Origin: Lophium mytilinum
Taxonomy: Eukaryota
Assembly: GCA_010093605.1 (NCBI GenBank)
Contig: MU004194.1
Location: 6,156-70,155 of the forward strand
Reading direction: 5' to 3'
Length of the DNA: 64,000 nt
The notes below the pieces were generated by a model that saw nothing but the letters and a program-made list of their open reading frames with translations, was not told the DNA's origin and made no database searches. How positions within the stretch are numbered: the stretch's first letter is position 1; each line of letters opens with the position of its first letter. Below are positions 14,199 through 26,200 of this stretch, piece after piece. The position numbers and the translations under genes were made by a program.

Positions 14199-14373
14199 CT
14201 TAGCAGAATGAAAATTGATACGCAAAGTCTGCTTTGATATGTTGCGCAAAATGCTCAAATTCCCTCTTGAGGTTTGCGTAGTATAGAAGACTGGAGGTCG
14301 AAAGAAAAAAGGCAAGACTCTGGCCTTTGGCCTATCAATACAACCCACTTTTATCCAAAACTCAATCTTATGC

Positions 14374-14526
14374 CGATGTTGAAGTTCGAGCAGTGCATAT
14401 TAGACTGCCTCTTGACTGACTAGCGACTGAGCAGCCAGGCTACCCCTTACAGTGGTGGCGAGCGAGCAGTGTTCGAGCTACGCAGTGACGATTCTCTGTG
14501 CCCAGACTTGGGATCTAGTACTGTAC
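14374..14526 (+). repeat. Dispersed repeat family, copy A
   Basis: About 80% identical by eye to 52745-52897 over the ~97-bp core GCAGTG..TAGACTGCCTCTTGAC..GCTACCCCTTACAGTGGTG..GAGCGAGCAG. Confidence 0.85.
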
Positions 14527-14970
14527 ATGGGCAAATAGGAATGGGAAGATCTTTTGAAACTTTTGGCTTCTTAGTTACGTGACATACCGCCAGCTTCCTA
14601 CTCGTATTTTCCTATATGGCCCCTTCGGACCTTTACCACCATTACTTTTACCCTAGATCTATACCCGAGAATACCCAGCGTGCAAGGCAACTACCGCGTT
14701 CAAGCGTCTCCGCGTCTACTAAAACGCAATGCGTTGTAAAAAAGCAAGCCATGAGCCAGGTTGCCTATGAAAACATTCACTGACCTGATCGCCTACGCCG
14801 CTGCCAAGCGTTGTGAACCTGCCTCCTTCCTCCCACTTCTTCTTCTTCAAAGTCGCGACACACAGAATATATAAGAACCCTCCCCAAACAGAAGAATGAG
14901 CAGCAACATATTCAAAACCATCCCCTCACACCAAACACCTCCTTCCAACACATCACCACAAATCACTACT

Positions 14971-15939
14971 ATGGCGCCCCCCAACAAAGGCACCGGAGTC
15001 GGCTACTACCGCTGCAACCGCTGGGGCAACCTGCACCGACTTGAAGGCTGCCTCCACATCATCCAAACGCCGCCATCCAACGACGCATCAAAGAGCGAGC
15101 CGTGCGGAACAAACTGCGTAGTGGAGACCTCGGCGAAGAGGCTCCATGGCCCGTTCCTCTGCTTGCAGTGTCTGGAGGAGTACTGCTTCAGCCAGTACAT
15201 CGCGATCAAGGACAAGTTCGCGCAAGACAACCCTGGAACCCCGTGGCCGGCGGATGAAGCAGAGATTGCTGCGAAGATCAAGGGGCTCAGCGTACAGGTC
15301 GGCGACCACATTGTGAAGCGTCTCCCCCTGGTGCGCAAATGTGCGCCCTACGAGGGGCCACTTCTGACAGCTTTGCTCGACGTGGACACTACTGTTGGTA
15401 CAACCGGAGGAAGCGGTGATCTGGCAGCTGGTGAAGGAGACGCAGACGGCGATTCTGGAACGACAGGGCCGCCTCTGACACCCTCCGTCAACGTGGACAC
15501 TACTGTTGGTACAGCCGGAGGAAGCGGTGATTTGGCAGCTGGGGAAGGAGACCTAGAGGGCGATTCAGGAACGACGAAGCCGCCTCTGGCAGCCTCCCGC
15601 GACGTGGACACTACTGTTGACAAAGCCAGCGGAAGCGGTGATCTGACAGCCGGTGAAGGAGACGCAGTTGGTGAAGGAGACGCAGCCAGCGAAGGAGACG
15701 CAGACGGCGATTCTGGAACGACATCGACAGAGCTTCAGCCATCGGCTGCTCTACTACTGGTGGCGGAGGTTGAGAAGCTTCAGGTTGAACTGGAAGAAGT
15801 GGCTGAGGGCAAGCGAACGGATGATTTCGTTGAGAAAATGGTCTCAAAACTTCAAGGGCAGGTCAGAATGTTCGAGGCCACGGGTAAGCGCAATGCTAAG
15901 AAGGATCGCCGCCGCAAGTCGTCGACCCAAGGCGTGTAG
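14971..15939 (+). CDS. Orphan protein with the same Cys/His motif plus acidic Gly/Thr repeats (ORF is open from 14896)
   Basis: 347-codon ORF containing HRLEGCLHII...PCGTNC...GPFLCLQC. TATATAAG near 14868. Confidence 0.7.
   Translation: MAPPNKGTGVGYYRCNRWGNLHRLEGCLHIIQTPPSNDASKSEPCGTNCVVETSAKRLHGPFLCLQCLEEYCFSQYIAIKDKFAQDNPGTPWPADEAEIAAKIKGLSVQVGDHIVKRLPLVRKCAPYEGPLLTALLDVDTTVGTTGGSGDLAAGEGDADGDSGTTGPPLTPSVNVDTTVGTAGGSGDLAAGEGDLEGDSGTTKPPLAASRDVDTTVDKASGSGDLTAGEGDAVGEGDAASEGDADGDSGTTSTELQPSAALLLVAEVEKLQVELEEVAEGKRTDDFVEKMVSKLQGQVRMFEATGKRNAKKDRRRKSSTQGV
15381..15722 (+). repeat. Three 111-bp (37-aa) coding tandem repeats
   Basis: CGTGGACACTACTGTTG recurs at 15381, 15492 and 15603. Confidence 0.9.
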
Positions 15940-15946
15940 TCCTTGC

Positions 15947-16272
15947 GTACAGCGCTAGGCGACAAGTTCAAGCACTCGGATATCACGCTGCTGGGGCTTC
16001 GCTTATGCTCGTTTGATACTGCTGTAAGGAGGACCTCAGCTAGTAGGTAGCCAATCAGTTAAAAGCCAACCCAATTTCCACCTTCTCATCATTAAAATTG
16101 ATTGGGCATTGTGAAGTGCGTGATATAAAGGATTGAACAGCGAAGCTTTGAATGTGACTCACAAACCAGTAGCTCGAATTTCAGTTTTGCTCGCTGGATG
16201 GCACTGTCAGGAGGACCTCAAGTATCAGGTCATCAACAAGCCAAAAGGCAGGGTAATTCCGACTGTACGAAG
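15947..16272 (-). repeat. Dispersed repeat family, two degenerate inverted copies
   Basis: 15947-16090 and ~16135-16272 align gap-free in their cores with the reverse complement of copy A (TGCTCG..CTGT.AGG..AA.AG.CA...AAT). Confidence 0.6.
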
Positions 16273-16669
16273 AGAAGAATGATGATGTAGATTTTTCGCT
16301 TCCCAGGCTTTCACCTTGCTTGCTTGATACCGCCTTTGGGAGCACTGTATAAATACGATGACCTACCTAAATCTCAGTCTTTCATGTATTTCATCACCGT
16401 ACACATAGCTTATCAGCTTCCTACTTCCAACCTAGATCAGACACTAGGCATGCCAAGATATTAATAACCATCATCACATACACATGTACCTTGTAGTTTC
16501 CAAAGAAAGAGTTTTATCATTTCCAATGACGAATAACGCGCAAACAAAGCCGCATTATCCAACGTAAGTATTCTAGACGATCAGCAAGCGCAAACCGCCA
16601 TCGTTCATGACCAGACAGTCATCACGACTCATCTAGCCCATCTTCAGGATCAGATCCCCACTACTTATC

Positions 16670-18532
16670 CTAGTCTTTCGAATCCTTGTCTTTCTTCTTC
16701 CCCTTCCCATTGAACGAGAACGAGAACGGATTTTTCAAGATCTTCGGCACCGGCGCCAGCGGGGGAACCTTAGCCTTCTCCTTTTGCTTATCCTCCTCTA
16801 TCTTCTTGAGAAAGTATTCGTGGGGGTCATCGTAGAACTTCTCCCAAGCTGTGGAGGCGGTGCTAATTGGCCGGCTTCGCATACCGTTCTGGATCCAATG
16901 GAGATCGGCGACCTGAGGGTTGGGTTGCTCGCTTGGAGAGCCGAGCGGGCTGACGTTGTAGCGTGGCCCTGGTACTGTTACCGGGGAAGAAGCACGAGAA
17001 GACACTGGGGAGGGCTGGAATTCGTAGGGGTTTCGGGGGACTGGAGTCGAAGAGCCTGATGTGCCGCTTCGATTGTCAGGACGGCGGACACTGGGGTTGC
17101 GAGTCGACGATCGTGGCGCAGCGGCAGGTTGACGCTCTGGACGCCTTGAGCTCTGAGACCGCTCAACAGTGTTTTCGAAGATGCTCTTGTAGGGCGTTAC
17201 ACCCGGAGTCGCTTTATTTGAAGCTTTGTCTGCATCGCCGGTTCCATTGTCGCCTTGTTCGCCTTTGTTGTAGTTAATCCAGGCATCACGTGCGAACAGT
17301 GGTTCAGTCGCTGGTGGCGCAACGCCTTCTCGTGGCTCATCTTCCAGCACATTCCCTAGAGCTGAAGATGCGGCTGCGTGGTTTGAGTAGACGGAGGAAG
17401 CTGCAGGGTGCTGGAAATTCTGGAAATTGGAGAGCTCATACGGATTGACAGTTGCGCTGATCTCTCCGTCTTTTTCCGGGTTTTCGTCCCATTCGTATTC
17501 GCTTTCGTCGTCAACACGCGCGCGTTCGCTGTTGCTATGTCGCGGCGAAGTAGGAGGGCTTTCGAACGGGCTTTCGAAGGGATTCTCTCCGTTACCAGGA
17601 TATCCACCGTGAGGGTGGAATGGCTCTGAAACATCGATAGGAGCGGTCGTGTTGGACGATACTGTTGGAGGACGGCCAACGAACACCGTTGATGCAGCTG
17701 AGAACGTTGGAGCGCGTTTCAACGGGTCTTCAAGCTCCCCGGCTCGAATCTTGCGTGCAACGTCCTTCCAAATTCCCTTTAGTGTCTGAGCCTCTGACCA
17801 TGCGAATCTATCCGCACCTGGCTGGAACTGTTGTACCCAGCGCTCCACCCATTGGAGTCTGCGGCTATCCGATTTGAGCTTCGAAGTTCGGAATCGGGCA
17901 ATTATGCCTAGCAAGAGGCCATAGCAGGCTCTATAGCTGCCGCCAATGCGTGCTAGCATACATGCTGGGCATGGGTTTGGGCCCTTAGCCCATCGGCTTA
18001 GAACAACGCCGTTGTGTTCGACCTGCGAATAGATTGGTTCTCTATTGTCGGGAGCCATCTTTCGAGCATCGTAGTCATCTTGCCACATCTCGGGGATCAT
18101 CTCCAAATAGCGAATAAACTTCTCTTGTTCAGGAGTCAGCGCATTATGGAAGTACAGAATTTGGAAGAAGCGCGGAATGCCCTCTTCAATCTCATGCTTT
18201 ATCCATGATAGTATGCTCCGAACCAGTTTCCCGGAGAGCTTCTCGTGCAGATTGTGGCACAGTCCGGCTCTGGATAGATCGCCACTCTTCATCAATATGT
18301 TGCTGATCTTCAATGCGACGGTATTACGCAGCAAGTGCGGCGGGAGGGCTTGTGTCGCCTTCTTGACCCGCTTGATATACTTCTGCGACTTTTCTGAATT
18401 GATATCGTCGCAAGGGAGAGGGCTGTCTCGTAGCAAGGCGGTCAACCTTGCGATATCGCGCCGACCGAGATGTGAGTATGATGTTGCACGGTAGACTTGG
18501 CCCATCGAAAGACCTTGCTGAGCGGCGGACAT
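16670..18532 (-). CDS. Hypothetical 620-aa protein (CPACMLARIGG motif, disordered S/P-rich C-terminal half)
   Basis: Long intronless ORF with a basic C-terminal tail. Confidence 0.8.
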   Translation of the reverse strand: MSAAQQGLSMGQVYRATSYSHLGRRDIARLTALLRDSPLPCDDINSEKSQKYIKRVKKATQALPPHLLRNTVALKISNILMKSGDLSRAGLCHNLHEKLSGKLVRSILSWIKHEIEEGIPRFFQILYFHNALTPEQEKFIRYLEMIPEMWQDDYDARKMAPDNREPIYSQVEHNGVVLSRWAKGPNPCPACMLARIGGSYRACYGLLLGIIARFRTSKLKSDSRRLQWVERWVQQFQPGADRFAWSEAQTLKGIWKDVARKIRAGELEDPLKRAPTFSAASTVFVGRPPTVSSNTTAPIDVSEPFHPHGGYPGNGENPFESPFESPPTSPRHSNSERARVDDESEYEWDENPEKDGEISATVNPYELSNFQNFQHPAASSVYSNHAAASSALGNVLEDEPREGVAPPATEPLFARDAWINYNKGEQGDNGTGDADKASNKATPGVTPYKSIFENTVERSQSSRRPERQPAAAPRSSTRNPSVRRPDNRSGTSGSSTPVPRNPYEFQPSPVSSRASSPVTVPGPRYNVSPLGSPSEQPNPQVADLHWIQNGMRSRPISTASTAWEKFYDDPHEYFLKKIEEDKQKEKAKVPPLAPVPKILKNPFSFSFNGKGKKKDKDSKD

Positions 18533-19578
18533 GTTTGGGTTGGTGGACAGTCTGCTGTGTGTACTAACCTAGCTTGAAAAGTAGTCTGCCGGTTTCGGAG
18601 ATTGACTGCGTTCTATGCGATTCTACGAGAAGGCAGATCAGAAGCGTTTTGAGGGAAGATTGTAGAAGGGGATCTTACCGCAACCGCTTTTAATATCCCA
18701 CACGATGCATTGTGCAACTTCAATCACTGCGAAGACTTGACCATTGTAAAAACACATTGAGCATGTGGGTTATAGCCATGATTGAAGGATTTAACATTGC
18801 GTTAACAATGGATTCGCGAATTAACGTCACTGTGAACTGAGTGGAATAGGAATACCCGAAAAGGGAAATCGTTAGTGACTGTTGTCCCACGAGACTCATG
18901 TTGGAGAGCGGGGATGATGAAGGCACGTGAGTTCTCTGCTAGCAACTACTAGCAATAGAAGAAAAAGGGGACAGGCGTTGAATGAGAGCATCGAGAAGGG
19001 AAGACGACTTTGGAGGAGTGTTAGGAAAAATTAGAGCGACAGTGAACTTAAACCTGTGGTGTTACCCATCTCCCGAAACGCACGAGCAAAGGTACTTCAT
19101 GAGCAGTAGACAGTCGACATTATGAAACGAGAGAAGTAGTAGTTTGGATTGAGATTCGTAATCCAGCTTGCATCCTTCCTGAACGCCAGATACCCCTCTT
19201 CATAGCGAGTGTGTTTGTACAATGCCGGCCATAAGCAATGAACCGGCGCAGTTCCCAGTTCTCCAAGCCATCTGTCCCGAAGCCGCGCGACGGTAATCGT
19301 GACAAAAAGAATTGAACCGACGTCCCTAGGTTACAAACAAGAAGTAGTAATAGACATTAAGATCCAGAAGCGCTCTGCACGGATCGTGTTGTACAGAAGA
19401 AGTCTCATCGACGATAGATGTCTCCGAAGGAAATAATGGCAGGGTGGTGATGTCCAGAGTCCCAGCAAGCCAGCATGTCTTTTTCAGCTAGGGTACGGTA
19501 GGTCTCGACTTAAAGCGATACGCACGCAGTCCCAGCAGCCCCAGAGAGGAGACATGGCTAAAGAAATTTGTCGAGAGC

Positions 19579-20960
19579 TTAATGCCCGCTCTCCACTCCT
19601 AAGACGTTTCCTCCCTTTCCTTGCAAACTCTCGTTCACCTTATTACGTAGTCCTTTCAAATTTCCGGACTGTTGCGATATGCTCGTCGCCTTCTTTCGAG
19701 TCGTCCGTCGTACGGAAATTGGTGTATTCGATGAGTTCTTGATAGTTTCATCTAATTCGGAAGCAGATGAAGTATTGACGCTGTCCGACTGCGCCGCTTT
19801 GATCCCGTTATCGCGATCAAGTTTAGTTTGGGCGTGCACTCGGCTCTTCTCGTATCGTGCAGATACATCACCTCCTTTCCACATAGTATTGAGCATACTA
19901 TCCCAGATTGTGAAGAATGGCTGAGAGAAGTTTGTCTTGATGCCCCAGCTTTGGTGGTGAATATCGTGGTAAGCGGCATTGTTTGAAGTAATAAGCTGGA
20001 GTGGGTCGAACGGGAGCGAGTAGCCACAGTGGTCGTCCACGGTCTTGATGGTTGCGCAGGTAAAGAACCACATTGACTGCCTCACGGTCATGCCAGAAAC
20101 GAGGTAAGCCAAACCAGTGCCTAGTGTATCGAGGAGGAACCCTTCGAAGGGATGGTTGTAAAGGGCGCCATAGGCGTAAGGCACATAGAGCTTGTGGTGT
20201 CGCGAGTGGAAGGTAGCTGAGACTATTGTTATTGACCGAGGCATGAAGGTACGAATGGAGGGGGTGCGGTAAACGTACTATATAACCACTTGTTCACGTG
20301 CATCGCGCGATGCAGGAAGTATTGCCAGGTGTCAACGACTACAATCCCAACGAAGAACTGGAACGCAGGCACAGCTACCCAGTACAGGGCCTTTGCGAGC
20401 AGCATTTCCCAAGGCGCAAACGCGGGCGCAAGCTCACTTTGACCGTTCACAGAGACCAGCTGTACCATCCCCGGGTATCTGCCGCCTGTGAGGATCGACG
20501 CTGCGATTGGGTGGGTAAAATTGAGGTTGCTAGCCAGAGCACCGGCGTTCAACCCGACAATCGATAGCAAAGTGGGAACATAGTGTTGTGCTTTCCGAAT
20601 CAACAGAGCCCAGCTAGCAATGCTGTACTCTTCCTTCCCGTATGTTGCTTCGTCGTCAAGCAGAGTCAGCCCGAAGCCGAATATGGTCTGGATAACCTGC
20701 TGAATGATGACGTCGCGGAACACGTCCCAGCGGGAGACATGGTTTCGCTTTAGAACCTCGGCCGGGGTGTGTAATCGGTATTGTGGGAATAAGTCGTACA
20801 CATCAATGACGTGGAATATCATGGATACCGTCCAGTATGCGAGGATTGGGAGCAGTAGGGTCGTGTACTCGTCCTTCAGCCATGATATCAGGGGCGGGAC
20901 CGGCTTTAGCGTGTAGGACGGGAGCGGAGGCAGCTCGGACTGCATGGTTGCGTTGACCAT
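19579..20960 (-). CDS. sur2: Sphinganine C4-hydroxylase (fatty acid hydroxylase family)
   Basis: His boxes HRAMH, HSRHH, DDHCG and YHDIHH, and an N-terminal LPPLPSYTL. One intron at 20217-20278. Confidence 0.92.
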
Positions 20961-21430
20961 GGCGAAAGCGCGGTGTTGGGTATTGCACAAGAGGTGAATT
21001 GTGTCGTGACAGCGCGCGGCGAGCTCTGAGTACTTAAAGGGATGGGCGGACAGGCCCGGATGCGGCGGAAGCGGAGGAGAAGGCGGCAGGAGAGAGAAGG
21101 AACGTATGAGCCCGCGATGAGGCGGGAGACAGTTGGGCGCAAAGATAGGATTAAGGAGAGGCGGTGGAGTGAAGGGAATACGGTCGAACAGCTCACGACA
21201 ACGTGATGGATGCCGCCGGGAGGCGTGAGAATAGTGCCAAGATGTTGCCACTTTCCAGCCCGTCACGTGCACGTCTAGCCCACTCGGGGGCGGGCTGCGA
21301 AATTCTCCCCCCACCAGACGGCCCATTTTTCGAGCAACACCAAAGTGCCCTCTCACGTCTCTGCACGCCCTCTCCCACGACCACACCGTACCACGCCCTC
21401 GCCGCTTTCCAGTCTCGACATTAGCCCACC

Positions 21431-22275
21431 ATGATCATCTACAAGGTACGTGTCCGCCGTATGTCCTCCGCGCAGCCAACCCCCATGCTCTGCTTTTGCA
21501 GCCCTCGACCCCGCCATCTCCGCGCCATCGATCCATGTTCCAACAAAGCCCATGCAGAGAGCTAATACATTCCCATAGTGCCTCATCAGCGGTGACGAGA
21601 TCCTCTCCGACTCGTACGACATCAAGGAGGTCGATGGCGTCGTCTACGAGGCCGACTGCAAGAAGATTACCGTCGGAGGTGACAACATCGGTGCGTTCCC
21701 AGCCCCACCTCACGGCTCTCTCCTCTCCGCCATGAATTCACCGCTACGAATCACAAACCAAGGATTTGTCTCTGACTTCTATACCTACAGACATCGGTGC
21801 CAACCCATCGGCTGAAGAGGGCGGCGATGACACCGAGGACACCTCCCAGCAGGTCATCGATATCGTTCACTCTTTCCGTCTGAACGAGACCCAATTCGAC
21901 AAGAAGTCATATCTCAGCCATCTCAAGAGTAAGTGTCGTCGCGAGCTCGAAAACGACTGTACCTAACCTGCTCGTAGCCTACATGAAGCAGGTCAAGGAG
22001 GCCATGAAGACGCGGGGCGCCAGCGACGAGGAGGTCAAGGAGTTCGAGAAGGGCGCCTCGGGCTTTGCCAAGAAGATCGTCGGTAACTTCAAGGACTACG
22101 AGTTCCTCATTGGCGAGTCCATGGACCCGGACGGAATGTATGTTGTCGCCGCACCCAGCTCTCAGACGCCCACTCACTAATCTCAACTAGGGTCATCCTG
22201 CTCAACTACCGCGAGGACGGCGTCACACCTTACGTGACTGTCTGGAAGCACGGCGTGTCGGAGATGAAGGTTTAG
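21431..22275 (+). CDS. tma19: Translationally controlled tumour protein (TCTP/Tma19), multi-exon
   Basis: [34 protein letters not shown] and [11 protein letters not shown]...WKHG across canonical introns. Confidence 0.96.
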
Positions 22276-23254
22276 ACGGGTGACTTGGCTTTAGTTGGAC
22301 GACGGGCACGGGCACGGGCGATCTGTTTCTTACGATCTGGAGGCATGAATGGATATCCGAATGAGGCCTAAAACTGCATGATATACGACCTACTTCTCCC
22401 CCGAGATCCCACCGCGATCTCTTCTCAAATCTCGTTTGCCAGTCTTTGAACATTATTCGAGATTGAGCGATTGAAAATGTGGATCACGCATACGATAAGA
22501 ACCTAGCTCTCTTTTCATCCACTGCTCTATAGTGCTTTGTCGTGAGTCTAGGCACACTCATTCACAGCCGCTTGGGCTAGTTTGATGCCTCTCGAGAGTG
22601 CACTTTCAAAAACGGAGCACTATGTCGACGAGTCGTGCATGGTCCCTGATCACTCAAATTACTTAGGCGCCCTTGGTGTATTGGCGCTGTATCAGCCTTG
22701 TGAGGCAGTGCAAAATGGAGTACCTCTTCTGCCTGGGATCGAAAGCCACCAACTACAGCCTCCTGCATCTTGCGCACATCTGAGCCGTTTTAGTCTGCAC
22801 CTGCATGCGTCTAATAGTTCGCAGCTGACTCTGAACAGCTGCGTTGGGCCGCCGGGGACGTTGCTCGAGTACAGAATGGACGGGGCACTGCAGTTCTACC
22901 ATCGATAGCTCCAGGCATAGGTATCATGGCAATGTGACACAAGCTGAAGTACCTCGCGACAAGGTAAGGAGTCGCCATGGATACGGAGCAATTATGCTCA
23001 TGTGACAGCGTGAAATGGAGTCGACGCGCCCGACGGCTCGGGCCGTTCAGGCATCTAAGCTTCTGCACTAGCTCGTCTGACTTCGCCCACCTCTCCTCGC
23101 AGCCTTATGGCCTGAGATGTCCGTCCCTCCTCACTACTTCCCTTTCAATTCCTTTTTGAGTTCCTTGCCTTGCCTTGCACTTGAATTTTGCATCTTTTCA
23201 CCTTCACAACAGATCCTCTCATGCTAGCCGCTCATCTGCATCGAAATCCGAGTC

Positions 23255-26200
23255 ATGAACTTATACGGACGGGTGCAAACCCACCAACGGGACGAGAGCG
23301 GCCCGCAACTGCCCCCAAATACGCCTACTAAGCAGCGTAACAAATCGGGAGAAGCCATGGAGGCAATTGTGCGCAAGCTTGAAGACCGTTGGGAACTCGG
23401 TCTATCGATACGCGGGCCTGATTGGACCCCTAGCACCAGCAGGCGAGGACCCACCGATGAGGTCTATGGCATGATTAAGAGGTTATATTGGTCTGCTGAG
23501 CCTGCTCTCCATGAAATCGTGGATTTATTCTGGGCGAATGCACCTGATAAGCGGTACAGCCCTGAGCGACTGGAGTATCTCAGATCGCTTCTCGTCGAAA
23601 AAATCGGGACGAAGAGGAAATCGGACCAGGAGGGACCTCGAAACAACCCTGCTAAAATCTTGCGTTCGCCGTTGTGTAAGTACTCTTAACTTACCGGAAG
23701 CACGTAGCAATACACTGCTAACGTGTAGAGGCTACTAGCTAGCCAAGTCTTCGGAGACCTTACTGAAGTACGAGATCTCACTGAAGTACAAAATAATGAC
23801 TCGTATCAATCGTATGTCACCGCCCTACAAACTCGATCCGGTACGCCGACAGACGATGAGGATGATCAGGGAGTCTACATTTCGGCCCCTCCTTCACCCT
23901 CAATGGACGCTATGAATAGACGTTCAAACGCCACCCAAAAAACACCAGCACAAGGTTCTGGAGCTTCTCCGAGGAAGAGAAAGTCGGAGTCCTTTGCAGA
24001 TGAGAGCCCCTCAAAGGCATCCAGATCATCAAGTGGGAGGAAGTCTCGAATGGGTCCACCGGAATCTCCGTATCTACCCGCGAGAGTGTATTCCAGTGGC
24101 ACACTATTTCCAGCCAGCTCCGCGAACACGTCAGCGAACACGTCGTTCGCGACTGATGTTGCTGAAGTCTTTTCCCAAGCGGATCCTCGAGATGTCGAAA
24201 CGGCTGACACTTCGTTCGCAAGCGACATATACGAGGACGCTGTCGAAGACGATGCAGGCGGTGGTGAGGTCAATTATCCGAACTTACGCGTGAGTAGTTC
24301 CGCTACGATGGGTTCTCTTGACGATGATGAGCTGTGGATGGCCCTCGAAGCTGTGAAGGATGTGGAAGAGATCCTATCCCAACCTCTGGAGGATCTTTCG
24401 ATTCACAAGGACGATCCAATCGTGAATAAGGATCATGCCGGCCACCTTCCTCGATCCGTTGAAGGCCCTAACAGGCTCGAAGTCTCCGAAGAAGGAGAGA
24501 ATAGTCGGCATGAGCCTGTCCGCTTGGAAACACTCGCAGAGGCGGCAGTCCCCTCTGTGCAACATGTTATAGACGAGAGTACCACTACAGCACAGCCAGC
24601 TAACCAAGTTTCACCTTCCCGAGCAGCGAACAGGAGTCCTAAGAGATTTCCAATTGAGCAACACCAGATCCGGGACCTCCCACGTCAAGGGCTATTCGTC
24701 GACAATGACCCTCTTGAATGGAAGGATGCTCCCTTCCACGTGCGGTGGGAATGCCTCAGAATCGCACAAGAGCTTGGCCTGCAACCTCTAGAGGTCATGG
24801 GGCACTATGTCTCGCAATTCTCCGACTATGATATGTTCCTGACTGGAGTCATATTGAAATTGCCGGACACTCCAGGCCTTCGGAAGATGGAGAAACCCTC
24901 TCGGAAAATGTGGCTAGCTGCGCAAGATAATTTCGAAGGCTACACTTTCTCGGGAAAGGTTGGCTTCAATGAGACCAATATTGGGTCTTTGTTCAAATTG
25001 AGCCTGGAACCGTTGCAGAAGCTCCAGTCTTGCCGTTTCCAGCGAGCCTTTGGATCAGATCGGCTTCTTTACCTGACCATGCCGTCCCCACACAACATTC
25101 CTAAAACCATGAGCCGGATCAAAGATCAAGAAAAGAGTCTACGAGCTAGATTTGTGGAATGGTTGCGCGGGACAGACCATTCGTTACTCGGGCGAACGTG
25201 GAGAGCTTTCCACGTCGAAGAAAAAGCGGACAAAAAATCAGTCCGGGAAAACCGTACTTTCCAGTACAGGGTGGTGCTTTTCGCAACATCTGGTACTGAC
25301 ATTCGTTCTGAGTCAGCCGAGTATGACCCGCGACGCCATTCTTTACGGCCTGAATTTACTATTGATGGTTTCCTGGACTGGTTCATGTCCTTCGAAGAAA
25401 ATCTAGGCCAAAAATTCTGCAAGGCATATGCGCGAATTGATCTGGGCCTTTCCAGAACGGCTCCAACCATCGTATTCCGTCCGTCCCAGGTCCGATTTGT
25501 AGCTGACACTTTTGCGGACGGCAGTCCCGAGGATAGCACTTTCAATGACCCAAGGCTAGAATGGCCGGAAAATGACGGGGTTGACCCCAGCAAACCTCCC
25601 GTTATGAACGATGGTTGTGCACTTATATCCCTTGGGGCAATGCGCGAGATCTGGAGGATGCAAGGAAAGGCGGGACCGGTTCCTAGCTTTTGCCAAGCTA
25701 GGATCGGTGGTGCCAAAGGAATATGGATAGCTAGCGCGTCGTCGACAACAACAAACCCAGCCCATCGGGACATCTGGATCGAAATCACGGAGAGTCAGCT
25801 CAAGTTTAATCCTCATCGCGAAGATCTAAACGACGACACATACGACTCAAATCGGTTGACTTTCGAGGTGGTCAAATTTGGAACAAGTGTCGTGAATTCA
25901 GAGCTTCATTTGGCCTTCATCCCCATCATGCTGGACCGAGGTGTTCCACAAGCTACATTAATAAAGCTGATGAATGACCGATTAGACTTTGAGAGGGCAG
26001 AGCTGCTCCAAGCTGTCGAATCCCCGAAAACTTTGCGGACATGGCTCAATAAGCAACAAGCACGAGAGGAAGAACGCCAGCGAGACGGAGACATGCTCTG
26101 GCAAGCGAGTATGCCATTACGGCTGCCAGAAAAGCTTGTCTTCCTCTTGGAGTCGGGATTCTCTCCCGCAGTTTCGCAATACTTGGCGGACCAAACGCAC

